In this document: in pieces, positions 24,083 to 32,000 of the stretch
Numbering within the stretch: the stretch's first letter is position 1
Layout of the letters: each line of letters starts with the position of its first letter
Source: Schaalia odontolytica
GTDB taxonomy: Bacteria > Actinomycetota > Actinomycetes > Actinomycetales > Actinomycetaceae
Assembly: GCF_005696695.1 (NCBI RefSeq)
Contig: NZ_CP040006.1
Coordinates: 240,001 to 272,000, forward strand
Reading direction: 5' to 3'
Length of the DNA stretch: 32,000 nucleotides
Made by a program: the position numbers and the translations under genes
The notes under the pieces: model-generated
Told to the model about the DNA's origin: nothing
Databases searched by the model: none
What the model saw: the letters and a program-made list of their open reading frames with translations, nothing else

Positions 24083-24349
24083 CTACTGGCCGTAGTGGAA
24101 GCGGCAGGAAATGATCCAGAGGGCTTTGCCGTCGTCGCTGATCTGGTAGATCAGGCGGTGCCGTGAGTCGATTCGGCGTGACCAGTACCCCGAGAACTCG
24201 TAGCGAAGAGGTTCAGGTTTGCCGATCCCCTCGTTCCCGTTGCGCTGGATGTCCTTGATGAGGGCGTTAATGCGCTTGAGGGTCTTGCGATCCTCGAACT
24301 GCCACCAGATGTAGTCGTTCCAGGCTTCCTCGTCCCACGTGATGTGCAT
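24083..24349 (-). CDS. yoeB: YoeB/Txe-family toxin (ribosome-dependent mRNA interferase)
   Basis: MHITWDEEAWNDYIWWQFEDRKTLKRINALIKDIQRNGNEGIGKPEPLRYEFSGYWSRRIDSRHRLIYQI....ISCRFHY is a textbook YoeB sequence. It starts 2 nt after the yefM stop. Confidence 0.93.
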   Translation of the reverse strand: MHITWDEEAWNDYIWWQFEDRKTLKRINALIKDIQRNGNEGIGKPEPLRYEFSGYWSRRIDSRHRLIYQISDDGKALWIISCRFHYGQ

Positions 24350-24351
24350 GA

Positions 24352-24615
24352 TCAGTCCTCGTCGAGCTCAATGAGGTCATGGACGACGCCCTCGCCAGCG
24401 CGGTGACGTGCGATCGATTTGCGCAGGTGGCGGGCGTTCGCGGGGGACTGCATGAGGTAGACGGTCTCCATGAGGGACTCGTACTCGTCGAGGGCGATGA
24501 TGACGGCGCTCTCGTGGCCCTGTCGGGTGATGACGATTTCCTCGCGGTCGTTGACGACCTGGTCGAGGACCTCGGCGTAGCGTGCGCGCGACTCGGTGTA
24601 GGTCATGGTCTTCAT
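24352..24615 (-). CDS. yefM: YefM/Phd-family antitoxin
   Basis: MKTMTYTESRARYAEVLDQVVNDREEIVITRQGHESAVIIALDEYESLMETVYLMQSPANARHL matches the YefM/Phd family. GAGGAG Shine-Dalgarno upstream. Confidence 0.93.
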   Translation of the reverse strand: MKTMTYTESRARYAEVLDQVVNDREEIVITRQGHESAVIIALDEYESLMETVYLMQSPANARHLRKSIARHRAGEGVVHDLIELDED

Positions 24616-24636
24616 GGGTGCTCCTCTGCTCGCCTA

Positions 24637-24675
24637 TGTACAGAACATTGTACAGTATTTGAGGGTGCGTGTCTC
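24637..24675 (-). promoter_or_regulatory. yefM-yoeB promoter with a paired TGTACA operator
   Basis: TGTACA (24637-24642) and TGTACA (24649-24654) are 12 bp centre to centre. As I recall, this is the arrangement of the E. coli yefM-yoeB operator. On the minus strand a -10 TACAAT (complement 24647-24652) overlaps the operator, and GAGACA (complement 24670-24675) lies 17 nt upstream. Confidence 0.6.
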
Positions 24676-24820
24676 TAGTCGGCTGGTAACGTGCGGGAGT
24701 ACTACCTCCGTGCGGGGCCAGGTACTGCGGAACTGCTCGCACGGGACTGCTGACGCGGGACTGCTGGCACGGGGTCTGCATCGCGGCGTCCTTCACCTGG
24801 GAGGGAGAGGCCTGCACGTC

Positions 24821-24921
24821 CTGGATAGGTAGCGCCGATCTGGATAGGTAGTGCTGATCTGGATAGGTTATTTTCCTATCCAGAACGTCATAACCTATCC
24901 AGTTCGTGGTTTCCTATCCAC
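24821..24921. repeat. Iteron-like array of three direct then three inverted copies of CTGGATAGG, each set phased at 19 bp
   Basis: CTGGATAGGTA at 24821, 24840 and 24859. CCTATCCAG / CCTATCCAC at 24875, 24894 and 24913. The central perfect palindrome is CTGGATAGG-TTATTTT-CCTATCCAG (24859-24883). Confidence 0.9.
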
Positions 24922-24947
24922 TTCGTGGCCGCCCGTGCCCATACATG

Positions 24948-25018
24948 TCCGCACGTGGGCCCTTTCATCCGCACGTGGGCCCTTTCATCCGCACGTGGGC
25001 CCTTTCAACCGCACGGGG
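24948..25018 (+). repeat. Tandem 20-bp repeat, 3.5 copies
   Basis: TCCGCACGTGGGCCCTTTCA at 24948, 24968 and 24988, plus a partial ACCGCACGGGG at 25008. Each unit contains a CACGTG palindrome and GGGCCC. Confidence 0.9.
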
Positions 25019-25081
25019 GTAACGCCGCCTACGCGCAGGTCATGGGGTTTCCGTGCGTATCGAGGGGTTAACGTGCAGTCC

Positions 25082-25507
25082 TTAGTGGCCGCGGTGGCGA
25101 GCTTTCGCTTTCAGGCGGGCGAGGCGGCGTTTCTCTTCAGCTTTCTCACGTTTCTTCTGCTTGGTCGTGGAAGCTCGTTCTCGTGCCATGCGTTCGCGTT
25201 CTGCTTGAATCGCTGCCTGTGATGCAGTGGAAGGAAGCGCACGGCGGGCGAGGTGGGAAGCTTGGCGCTGTGCGCGCTTGGGGTTGTGGTGCGTCGCCTG
25301 ACGTTGGGCCATATCGGAAGCCCAAGCGACCTCGTCGAGGCGGCACAGGAGAGCGTTAGCGTGAGCGAGAAGGAACTCGTAGAACTCCGCGTCTGAGGGC
25401 TGTGCGCCGAACACGATTCTAACGGCGCGAAAACGGTCGGCCTCGTGGCGCTCAATGACACCGACCCAGAACTGACCATCGAAATATAGTGTGGACTCCG
25501 TCTTCAT
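25082..25507 (-). CDS. DUF2992 (YjdF-like) family protein with a highly basic C-terminal tail, 141 aa
   Basis: MKTESTLYFDGQFWVGVIERHEADRFRAVRIVFGAQPSDAEFYEFLL matches my recollection of the DUF2992 N-terminal signature (FDGQFWVG). ATG at complement 25505-25507 with GGAG upstream. The Lys/Arg-rich tail is KQKKREKAEEKRRLARLKAKARHRGH. Confidence 0.7.
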   Translation of the reverse strand: MKTESTLYFDGQFWVGVIERHEADRFRAVRIVFGAQPSDAEFYEFLLAHANALLCRLDEVAWASDMAQRQATHHNPKRAQRQASHLARRALPSTASQAAIQAERERMARERASTTKQKKREKAEEKRRLARLKAKARHRGH

Positions 25508-25686
25508 TACTCGTCTCCAGGTACACCAGGGTGGACCCGATGACGCTGGATTCTGCTCGGGGCAGCGACGGATGCGAGGCATCGCCCAGACTTCCTACTG
25601 GACTGTGCGGTTCGCGTATCAGGACTGACGACTCATTATACGTCCCGTGTTCCAGGGTGTTGCTACTGGACGATCGGCTTGCCGCC

Positions 25687-25754
25687 GATGGACAAGGCCT
25701 TGCGCGCGCTTGACGCGCTGCCTGATGCCCCGACTGATCTCGCGCGCGAAGCGG
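25687..25754 (+). repeat. Direct repeat copy 2 (relic or alternative 3' end of the 866-aa gene)
   Basis: The 44-bp perfect core at 25701-25744 is identical to 23959-24002. In frame it reads MDKALRALDALPDAPTDLAREAGAALSAIVSRRADGGGPTSG*, against MAKALRALDALPDAPTDLACEAAEALDAVRVRQG* at copy 1. Confidence 0.9.
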
Positions 25755-25769
25755 GGGCTGCCCTCAGCG

Positions 25770-27479
25770 CTATCGTCTCTCGTCGAGCCGATGGAGGCGG
25801 CCCCACCAGCGGGTGATCAGCCACTCGTCGTGCGTTGAGATAACCAGGGTTCCCTCCCACTCGCGCATCGCCTCTTCGAGGGACTCCAGGGCGTTCAGGT
25901 CCAGGTAGTTCGTGGGCTCATCGATCACGAGGATCTGAGCGTCGGCCCGCGCCGCGAACGCCAGCTGAGCCCTGCGTTGGTTTCCCGCGGAGAGCTCACC
26001 GAGCGGCCGGTTCCACGCCGCTGGGGGAACGAATCCCTTCCCGGCCTCCCCGATGCCCAGGTACCACGCATTCTCGGGGATGAGGGGGTCGCCGGGCCGC
26101 GGGAGCACCTGGGGCACGAGGACGACCCCGGAGGCGGCATCGATGCATCCGTGCGCCCCGCTGGGGGCCCCGCGTGCGATCCACTCCAGCAGGGTGGTCT
26201 TGCCCGACCCGTTGGGCCCCGCGACGAGGAGGTGCTCGCCGTAGCGCGCCTCGAAGGAGGTTGGCGCGAGGCGTCCCTCCACCGACGCGCCGCGGACGGC
26301 CAGGGCGATACCCATTGCGTGTGGGTGCGGTGATGTCCCGCCCGTGGTGGTCCTGATGGGGTGGGGGAAAGAGAACTCGCCCTGGTCATAGCGGGGCTTG
26401 GGGACTTCGTGTGCCGCGAGAACCGACAGCCTCCGGGAGTCGTCGTTGATGCGCCTCTTCGACACAGTTTGGGCGCGGTCGGCGTAGTACTTCTGCGCCA
26501 TCCGTATCTCGGTGCGGGGTTTGAAGCGCGCATGCCCCACCACCGTCGAATCCCGCTGGTGAGATACGAGTCGGCGTTTCTCTGCCTGCTGATCCGCATG
26601 GATCGCGGTGTGCCGCGAGCGTGCGGCGGCCTTGTCGCGCAGGTAGTCCGAGTAGGATCCTCCTACCCTGTACGCCCCGAAGTCCGCGGGCTCTCCCTTG
26701 GAGATTGCCACCGCCCGCCACGGTGTCGGATCCAGGTCGAGCAGCGCCGTCGCCGTGCGCTCAATGAAGGCCCGGTCGTGGCTGGTCATGAGCACCGGCC
26801 CCTGCCAGTTGTCGATTGTGTGTGCTAGGTGCTCGCGCCCGTCAGTGTCCAGGTGGTTCGTCGGTTCGTCCAGGACGAGGGCCTCTGGTCGATCAACGAG
26901 GGTGAGGGCCAGGCGCAGGCGGGCACACTGCCCTGGGGAGAGGGAGGCGAGGGGGCGGGAGCAGTCGAGGCCTCCTAGGTCGAGGGCCTCCAGGGTCTGT
27001 TCGAGGCGCGTGTCGATGGTCCACGCGTCCCGCGCGATCATCGCCGCTAGGACGCGGTCGTACTCCGCTTCGTCGCCCGGTGAGGGGTCCCGGGCGAGGT
27101 GCTCGGTGAGGAAGTCGAAGCGCGCCGCCAGCCCGCGGGTGCCTGACGTGGCGGCATCGATGAGCTGTGCGACGGTGCGGGACTCCCTGTCCCCCGCGAG
27201 CGGAGGACGGGACGCCAGAGGGGCTCCCGGTGCTGACCGCATGGCCGCGGGCCAATGAATTGGGGGAACTAGCTGGGGCGCGGAGAGCGTCGGGCCGGCG
27301 ATCGTTCCGGAGTCCGGCTGGAGTCGGCCCGCTGCGAGGGCCAGCAGTGTTGACTTGCCGATCCCGTTCGGGCCGACAACTACGAGGCGGTCGGCGGGCC
27401 CACACGTGAAGGAGACGTTAGTGAGGACGGGCAGCGTGCCGTAGGAAAAGAAGACGTGGGAAAAGACAATCGTGGACAT
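25770..27479 (-). CDS. ABC-F family ATPase (two ABC domains, no TM domain; translation factor or ribosome-protection type)
   Basis: Two Walker A motifs (GPNGIGKST, GPNGSGKTT), two signature motifs (LSPGQCARLRLAL, LSAGNQRRAQLAF), two Walker B motifs (LVLDEPTNHLD, LVIDEPTNYLD) and a basic inter-domain linker. I start it at MSTIVFSHV (complement 27477-27479). Confidence 0.85.
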   Translation of the reverse strand: MSTIVFSHVFFSYGTLPVLTNVSFTCGPADRLVVVGPNGIGKSTLLALAAGRLQPDSGTIAGPTLSAPQLVPPIHWPAAMRSAPGAPLASRPPLAGDRESRTVAQLIDAATSGTRGLAARFDFLTEHLARDPSPGDEAEYDRVLAAMIARDAWTIDTRLEQTLEALDLGGLDCSRPLASLSPGQCARLRLALTLVDRPEALVLDEPTNHLDTDGREHLAHTIDNWQGPVLMTSHDRAFIERTATALLDLDPTPWRAVAISKGEPADFGAYRVGGSYSDYLRDKAAARSRHTAIHADQQAEKRRLVSHQRDSTVVGHARFKPRTEIRMAQKYYADRAQTVSKRRINDDSRRLSVLAAHEVPKPRYDQGEFSFPHPIRTTTGGTSPHPHAMGIALAVRGASVEGRLAPTSFEARYGEHLLVAGPNGSGKTTLLEWIARGAPSGAHGCIDAASGVVLVPQVLPRPGDPLIPENAWYLGIGEAGKGFVPPAAWNRPLGELSAGNQRRAQLAFAARADAQILVIDEPTNYLDLNALESLEEAMREWEGTLVISTHDEWLITRWWGRLHRLDERR

Positions 27480-27534
27480 AATGCACCTTGGGGAGGAGGG
27501 GCAGGGAGGCATTATGTCAGGAGTCCATGGGGAC

Positions 27535-27540
27535 ATTATA
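27535..27540 (-). promoter_or_regulatory. Candidate -10 box (perfect TATAAT) for the ABC-F gene
   Basis: The minus strand reads GTTGCCGATATAATGTCC, about 55 nt upstream of the start codon. There is no convincing -35. Confidence 0.3.
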
Positions 27541-27658
27541 TCGGCAACGGCGCGCAGGCGCGGCAGTTCTGCACAGAAATGGGGGCGTCCTCCCGGGGCT
27601 GTCTGTCAAGACTAACGGCTTGCCGACGGACGACATGAGCATGCGGGAGGACACCCGG

Positions 27659-27702
27659 ACAAAATACTCCCCCGCGAGCCCTCGTTGGGACCCGCGGGGG
27701 AG
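27659..27702 (-). terminator. Rho-independent terminator after the small membrane-protein gene
   Basis: The minus strand reads CTCCCCCGCG, a 16-nt loop, CGCGGGGGAG, then TATTTTGT. In plus-strand coordinates the stems are at 27667-27676 and 27693-27702 and the T-tract at 27659-27666. Confidence 0.65.
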
Positions 27703-27725
27703 GAACGGCGACTACTGAGGAATCC

Positions 27726-27995
27726 TCAGAACAGCAGCGGTGCGAAGCCAGCCACCGGGGCGAGGAACGCGGCGCCACCCAGCAGAGCGGTCTTGATGTA
27801 GGGGAAGGCGACGAAGGCGGCGATGATGAGGACCACGAGCAGCGCCATGAGGATGAGGTTGTTGCGCTGACGCTTGTACTGCTCGGGCGTCAGCTCCTCC
27901 TTCTTGCGGATGAGCGGGGCCTCGCCGTGGACGGAACCAGTGTTGCCGCCGGGCTTTGCGCCCTCGTTCTCGGTCGGGAAGTGCTGGTCGGACAT
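27726..27995 (-). CDS. Small (89 aa) membrane protein with a polar N-terminus and a hydrophobic C-terminal half
   Basis: ATG with a GGAG Shine-Dalgarno (CCAGTAGGAGACCACCATG). Very strong GC3 bias. LILMALLVVLIIAAFVAFPYI is a TM helix. It starts 29 nt after the DUF1266 gene stop and is probably co-transcribed with it. Confidence 0.65.
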   Translation of the reverse strand: MSDQHFPTENEGAKPGGNTGSVHGEAPLIRKKEELTPEQYKRQRNNLILMALLVVLIIAAFVAFPYIKTALLGGAAFLAPVAGFAPLLF

Positions 27996-28024
27996 GGTGG
28001 TCTCCTACTGGGTGTTTGAGGGGA

Positions 28025-29086
28025 TCAATTGACGATCGGCTTGCCGCCGATGGACATGGGGGCGCGGGTGCGGGCCTGTGCATCGAGGTCCTTCTCCCAC
28101 GCGGAGGCCTCCTCCCAGTTGACGGAAGACAGCAGGTGCAGAGCACCCATCTCGCGCAGTGCGTCGAGGAGGATGAAGCGCGGGGCGGGGTAGGGGGCGT
28201 TCCATGGGATCACGGTCCACAGGCCATTCTTGCCGACGAGGAACTCGCCGCGGTTACGGTCGTGTAGGTCGTTGGCAGCGGTCTGCGCATCGCCCTCGGC
28301 GGCCCACAGCCAGCGGGTGACGCGGAAGGCCTCCCACGTCTCCTCCCACGAGGAGTAGGAGAACTGCAGAGCCCGGTTGATGACCGCGAGGGTATCCCAG
28401 GCCTCGTCCTCGCTCAGCCAGCCCTGGCCGGCACCCGCGCGCGTCAGGTTCGCGGCGCGAATGAGGTCCCACGCGGCGAAATCCAGGGCCTGGATGCCGC
28501 GGTCATTGTCCAGGAAACGGCGGATGCGCCAGCGACGCTCCCAGTCCTCCATCGACGAGTCCGCGGTCTTACTCAGGCGGGCGATCTCCTTGTCTGCCCA
28601 CCCGGGCCTTGCGCAGCGCTCGCGCAGGGCAGCGAAATCCTCGCGGTGTCCGGCGCGCAAGAGCGAATAAATCTGGCGGATCAGGCTCTCGCGATCGGTG
28701 ATACCCCAGTCGCGGTCGAGCATGCCCTTCATTCCGGCGGGATCCGACAGCTTCAGCTGGTTAACGACCTCGTCGTTGCACAATGCGTACACCATGGCGG
28801 GAGCCAGCAGGCGTGCCTGCGGATCGGCGGCCATGTCCTCGCGCTTGCCGCGCAGCTTCGGGGTGTGGTGCTCGTTGAGCTTGTTCCACTCGCCTTCCTT
28901 GCCTGCCTTGCGCACGTCGCGTGGCGCGGGGACGGCGCCCTTCGAGCGGGCGGCTGCCTGCTTGAACGTATTCGCAGCTAGGGCCACGATGACGCAGCCG
29001 ATCGCGAACCAGATCGGGAACGGAATGTCGGAGAGGAAATTCTGGAGCACAGACTGATTGTGCCCGATGGAAAGCAGATCACACAA
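28025..29086 (-). CDS. DUF1266 domain protein with an N-terminal TM helix
   Basis: Core segment DWGITDRESLIRQIYSLL...LDFAAWDLIRAANLTRAGAGQGWLSEDEAWDTLAVINRALQFSYSSWEETWEAF..TRWLW matches the DUF1266 pattern (AWD..R...L.R.....G.L.E.EAW......A...Q..F.SWEE). The start is uncertain: the track start at 29086 is a TTG, and GTG at 29050 is an alternative. Confidence 0.7.
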   Translation of the reverse strand: MCDLLSIGHNQSVLQNFLSDIPFPIWFAIGCVIVALAANTFKQAAARSKGAVPAPRDVRKAGKEGEWNKLNEHHTPKLRGKREDMAADPQARLLAPAMVYALCNDEVVNQLKLSDPAGMKGMLDRDWGITDRESLIRQIYSLLRAGHREDFAALRERCARPGWADKEIARLSKTADSSMEDWERRWRIRRFLDNDRGIQALDFAAWDLIRAANLTRAGAGQGWLSEDEAWDTLAVINRALQFSYSSWEETWEAFRVTRWLWAAEGDAQTAANDLHDRNRGEFLVGKNGLWTVIPWNAPYPAPRFILLDALREMGALHLLSSVNWEEASAWEKDLDAQARTRAPMSIGGKPIVN

Positions 29087-29367
29087 TTCAGGGGCACTCG
29101 TGCGCGCAAGGTGGGACGAGGCTGGGGCTTCCCCCTATGTAATAGGTACCGCCGGATGAGCCCACCGGCGCCTCGCCCGGGCGCGCCCGCGCGCGAGAAT
29201 CCGCCACTGCCTCGTGAATGTCAAACCCGAGCGGCGTGAGACGCGCGGAAGCGGTCCCGGTACCCAGATGCGGGTGGGACGCGGTAAGGTCCATCCCAGA
29301 TGCCTCGCTGGGTGAACCGCGAGCGAGGGTGCTACAAATACTGGGGAAGCGACGGAAGGGACCGGCA

Positions 29368-32000
29368 ATGTCAGCGACGAAGCTCGTGATCGTGGAGTCT
29401 CCTGCGAAGGCAGCCACCATCGAGGGATACCTGGGTCCCGACTACCACGTGACCGCCTCCATCGGCCACATCCGCGACCTCCCGCAGCCCTCCGAGCTGC
29501 CCAAAGACATGAAGAAGGGGCCGTTTGGTCGCTTTGCCGTCAACGTGGATGATGGCTTTAAGCCCTACTACGTGGTGAACCCGGATAAGAAGAAAAAGGT
29601 CACCGAACTCAAGAAGCTCCTCAAGGAGTGCGACGAACTCTATCTGGCAACTGATGAGGACCGCGAGGGTGAGGCCATCGCGTGGCACCTCCTGCAGGTC
29701 TTGAAGCCGAAGGTTCCCGTGCGTCGCATGGTGTTCCACGAAATTACGAAAGAAGCGATCCAGCGCGCGCTGGAGAACACGCGCGACCTGGACACCGCCC
29801 TCGTGGACGCTCAGGAGACCCGCCGCATCCTCGACCGCCTCTACGGCTACGAGGTCTCGCCCCTCCTGTGGCGCAAGATCCGCCCGTCCCTGTCCGCCGG
29901 CCGCGTGCAGTCGGTGGCCACGCGCCTCGTGGTCGCCAGGGAACGTGAGCGCATGGCGCACGTGAGCGCCCAGTACTGGTCGATCGACACGGCGTTCACG
30001 TCGGCGGGCCAGGCCTTCGGCGCGCGCGTCTCCTCCGTGGATGGCCACTCGATCGCGACCGGCTCCGACTTTTCCGAGAAGGGCGAGCTGAGCGCGAAGG
30101 CGGCCAAGGCCGGCGTCCTCCACCTGGACGAGGCCACGGCCCGCGCCTACGCGCAGGCTCTGTCGGATGCCCCGGCCTCGGTCATCGACTCGGTGACCCG
30201 CAAGCCCTACCGTCGCCGCCCGGCAGCCCCCTTCACGACGTCGACCCTCCAGCAGGAGGCGTCGCGCAAGCTGCACTGGAACGCGTCCTCGACGATGCGC
30301 ACCGCCCAGTCCCTCTACGAGTCCGGTTACATCACCTACATGCGTACCGACTCCACGGCGCTGTCCAGCCAGGCGATCCACGCCGCCCGCGAGCAGGCCA
30401 CCCAGCTCTACGGGGCCGAGGCTGTGGCCGAGTCCCCGCGCCTGTACGGCACCACGTCCAAGGGCGCCCAGGAGGCGCACGAGGCGATCCGTCCTGCGGG
30501 TGATCACTTCCGCACGCCGGGCGAGGTGGCCGGTTCTCTGTCGAAGCAGCAGCTGGCGCTGTACGACCTGATCTGGAAGCGCACGGTTGCCTCGCAGATG
30601 GCCGACGCTCTCGGCTACACGGCGACGATCCGCGTGCTCACCGGCATCGAGGTTGACGGTAAGCGCCACGACGTGCTGTCCTCGGCCTCGGGCACGGTCA
30701 TCACCTCCCCGGGCTTCCGCCTGGCCTACCAGGAGGGCCGCGACCAGGGGCGTTACGACGCGGAAAAGAACGACGCGGAGAAGACCCTCCCGGACGTCGC
30801 TGAGGGTGATCCCGCGACGCTGACCGAGGCCACCCCCGACGGCCACGAGACCCAGCCCCCGGGCCGCTACACGGAGGCCACGCTGGTCAAGACCATGGAG
30901 GAGCTCGGTATCGGCCGTCCCTCCACCTACGCGGCCACCATCCAGACGATCGGTGACCGCGGGTACGTGACGCACCGCGGCCAGTACCTGGTGCCCACGT
31001 GGCTGGCGTTCTCCGTGACGCGCCTGCTCGAGGAGAACCTGGCGAACCTGGTCGACTACGACTTCACGGCCTCGATGGAGGGCGACCTGGACCGTATCGC
31101 CGCGGGCGAGGAGAACGGCACGGAGTTCCTGACCGGCTTCTTCTTCGGCCCCGACGGCACGGGTGAGAACGGCGGTCTGCGCCACGACGTCGCCTCCCTG
31201 GGCGATGACATCGACGCGCGCGCCGTCAACTCGATCGACCTGGGCCGCGGCGTGACGCTGCGCGTGGGTCGCTACGGCCCCTACATGGAAAAGGCCGACG
31301 GGACGCGCGCGAACGTGCCACCGGAGGTCGCTCCCGACGAGCTGACGGATGAGCTGATCGACCAGCTCTTCTCCCGCGCCGCCGACGATGGCCGTGAGCT
31401 GGGCGTCGACCCCGCGACCGGTCACACGATCATCGTCAAGGATGGCCGCTACGGCCCCTACGTCACCGAGGTCCTGCCCGAGGAGACTGAGGGCGCCGAG
31501 GAAGGCGCGAAGAAGACGAAGAAGGCTGCCGCCAAGCCTCGCACCGCCTCGCTGTTCAAGACCATGGACATCGCGACCGTCACCCTCGAGGACGCCCTGG
31601 CGCTGCTGTCCCTGCCGCGCGAGGTAGGCACGGACCCGGCCTCGGGCGAGGTCATCACGGCGCAGAACGGCCGCTACGGCCCCTACCTGAAGAAGGGCAC
31701 GGACTCGCGCACGCTGGCCTCCGAGGACCAGCTGCTGACCATCACCCTGGACGAGGCCCTGGCCATCTACGCCCAGCCCAAGACGCGCGGCCGCGGCACG
31801 GCCCGCCCGCCGCTGCGCGAGTTCGGCGAGGACCCGATCTCGGGCAAGAAGGTCACCGTCAAGGACGGCCGCTTCGGCCCCTACGTGACGGATGGCGAGA
31901 CCAACGTGACGGTGCCGCGCGCCGAGACGGTGGAGGACCTGACGGCCGAGCGCGCCTACGAGCTGTTGGCAGATAAGCGCGCCAAGGGCCCCGCCCCCAA
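29368..32000 (+). CDS. topA: DNA topoisomerase I (type IA), 3' end beyond the window
   Basis: This gene is not in the ORF track because no stop codon falls in the window. ATG at 29368 with a GAAGGGA Shine-Dalgarno. It translates MSATKLVIVESPAKAATIEGYLGPDYHVTASIGHIRDLP... (Toprim), then ...ELYLATDEDREGEAIAWHL, ...YITYMRTDS (active-site Tyr region). The actinobacterial C-terminal repeats follow (KDGRYGPYVTE, QNGRYGPYLKKG, KDGRFGPYVTDG). Confidence 0.95.
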   Translation, partial: MSATKLVIVESPAKAATIEGYLGPDYHVTASIGHIRDLPQPSELPKDMKKGPFGRFAVNVDDGFKPYYVVNPDKKKKVTELKKLLKECDELYLATDEDREGEAIAWHLLQVLKPKVPVRRMVFHEITKEAIQRALENTRDLDTALVDAQETRRILDRLYGYEVSPLLWRKIRPSLSAGRVQSVATRLVVARERERMAHVSAQYWSIDTAFTSAGQAFGARVSSVDGHSIATGSDFSEKGELSAKAAKAGVLHLDEATARAYAQALSDAPASVIDSVTRKPYRRRPAAPFTTSTLQQEASRKLHWNASSTMRTAQSLYESGYITYMRTDSTALSSQAIHAAREQATQLYGAEAVAESPRLYGTTSKGAQEAHEAIRPAGDHFRTPGEVAGSLSKQQLALYDLIWKRTVASQMADALGYTATIRVLTGIEVDGKRHDVLSSASGTVITSPGFRLAYQEGRDQGRYDAEKNDAEKTLPDVAEGDPATLTEATPDGHETQPPGRYTEATLVKTMEELGIGRPSTYAATIQTIGDRGYVTHRGQYLVPTWLAFSVTRLLEENLANLVDYDFTASMEGDLDRIAAGEENGTEFLTGFFFGPDGTGENGGLRHDVASLGDDIDARAVNSIDLGRGVTLRVGRYGPYMEKADGTRANVPPEVAPDELTDELIDQLFSRAADDGRELGVDPATGHTIIVKDGRYGPYVTEVLPEETEGAEEGAKKTKKAAAKPRTASLFKTMDIATVTLEDALALLSLPREVGTDPASGEVITAQNGRYGPYLKKGTDSRTLASEDQLLTITLDEALAIYAQPKTRGRGTARPPLREFGEDPISGKKVTVKDGRFGPYVTDGETNVTVPRAETVEDLTAERAYELLADKRAKGPAP

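Larger units (their letters stand above)
24003..25744. mobile_element. Putative inserted 1.74-kb cassette (yoeB-yefM, repeat arrays, DUF2992 gene) delimited by the 44-bp direct repeat; no recombinase gene inside
   Basis: Direct repeats sit at 23959-24002 and 25701-25744 (offset 1742 bp). The second copy continues in frame as an alternative C-terminus of the 866-aa protein. The content (toxin-antitoxin pair, iteron-like arrays) is typical of mobile or accessory DNA. Confidence 0.4.

Noticed and set aside
27480-27725. A long attenuator or leader-peptide region upstream of the ABC-F gene, as in antibiotic-resistance ARE ABC-F genes.
   Set aside because: Most of this interval is taken by the terminator of the upstream operon (27659-27702). 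A perfect TATAAT at 27535-27540 would leave only about a 50-nt 5' UTR, and I could not identify a leader ORF with alternative hairpins.

Overview
High-GC (about 68%) actinobacterial chromosomal segment. Gene content and codon style resemble Actinomyces/Schaalia-type Actinomycetales, but the taxon cannot be verified here. Most long antisense ORFs in the track are GC artefacts. Supported gene order: a partial MoaB/Mog-like gene (-); modA and a fused modB-modC molybdate transporter (+); a 1521-aa fusion of two BadF/BcrA-type activase ATPase modules with a 2-hydroxyacyl-CoA-dehydratase-like region (+); a truncated, active-site-degenerate GH2 LacZ-like gene (-); an OPT-family transporter (-); tRNA-Ser(CGA) with a terminator (+); a 1.3-kb stretch with no credible CDS, filled with phased short repeats; sodA (-); a DUF808 membrane protein (-); an NPPF-motif SAM methyltransferase (+); a translationally coupled three-gene operon of a SWIM zinc-finger protein plus two giant helical proteins of unknown function (+); a yefM-yoeB toxin-antitoxin pair, iteron-like repeat arrays and a DUF2992/YjdF-like gene (-), all inside a 1.74-kb segment bracketed by a 44-bp perfect direct repeat that duplicates the 3' end of the third operon gene; an ABC-F ATPase (-); a small membrane protein and a DUF1266 protein (-); and the 5' two-thirds or more of topA (+). 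The best candidates for something undescribed are the SWIM operon (17.6-24.05 kb), the repeat-bracketed TA/iteron cassette inserted at its 3' end, and the tRNA-adjacent non-coding region with roughly 42-bp phased motif arrays. That region shares sequence words with the cassette.
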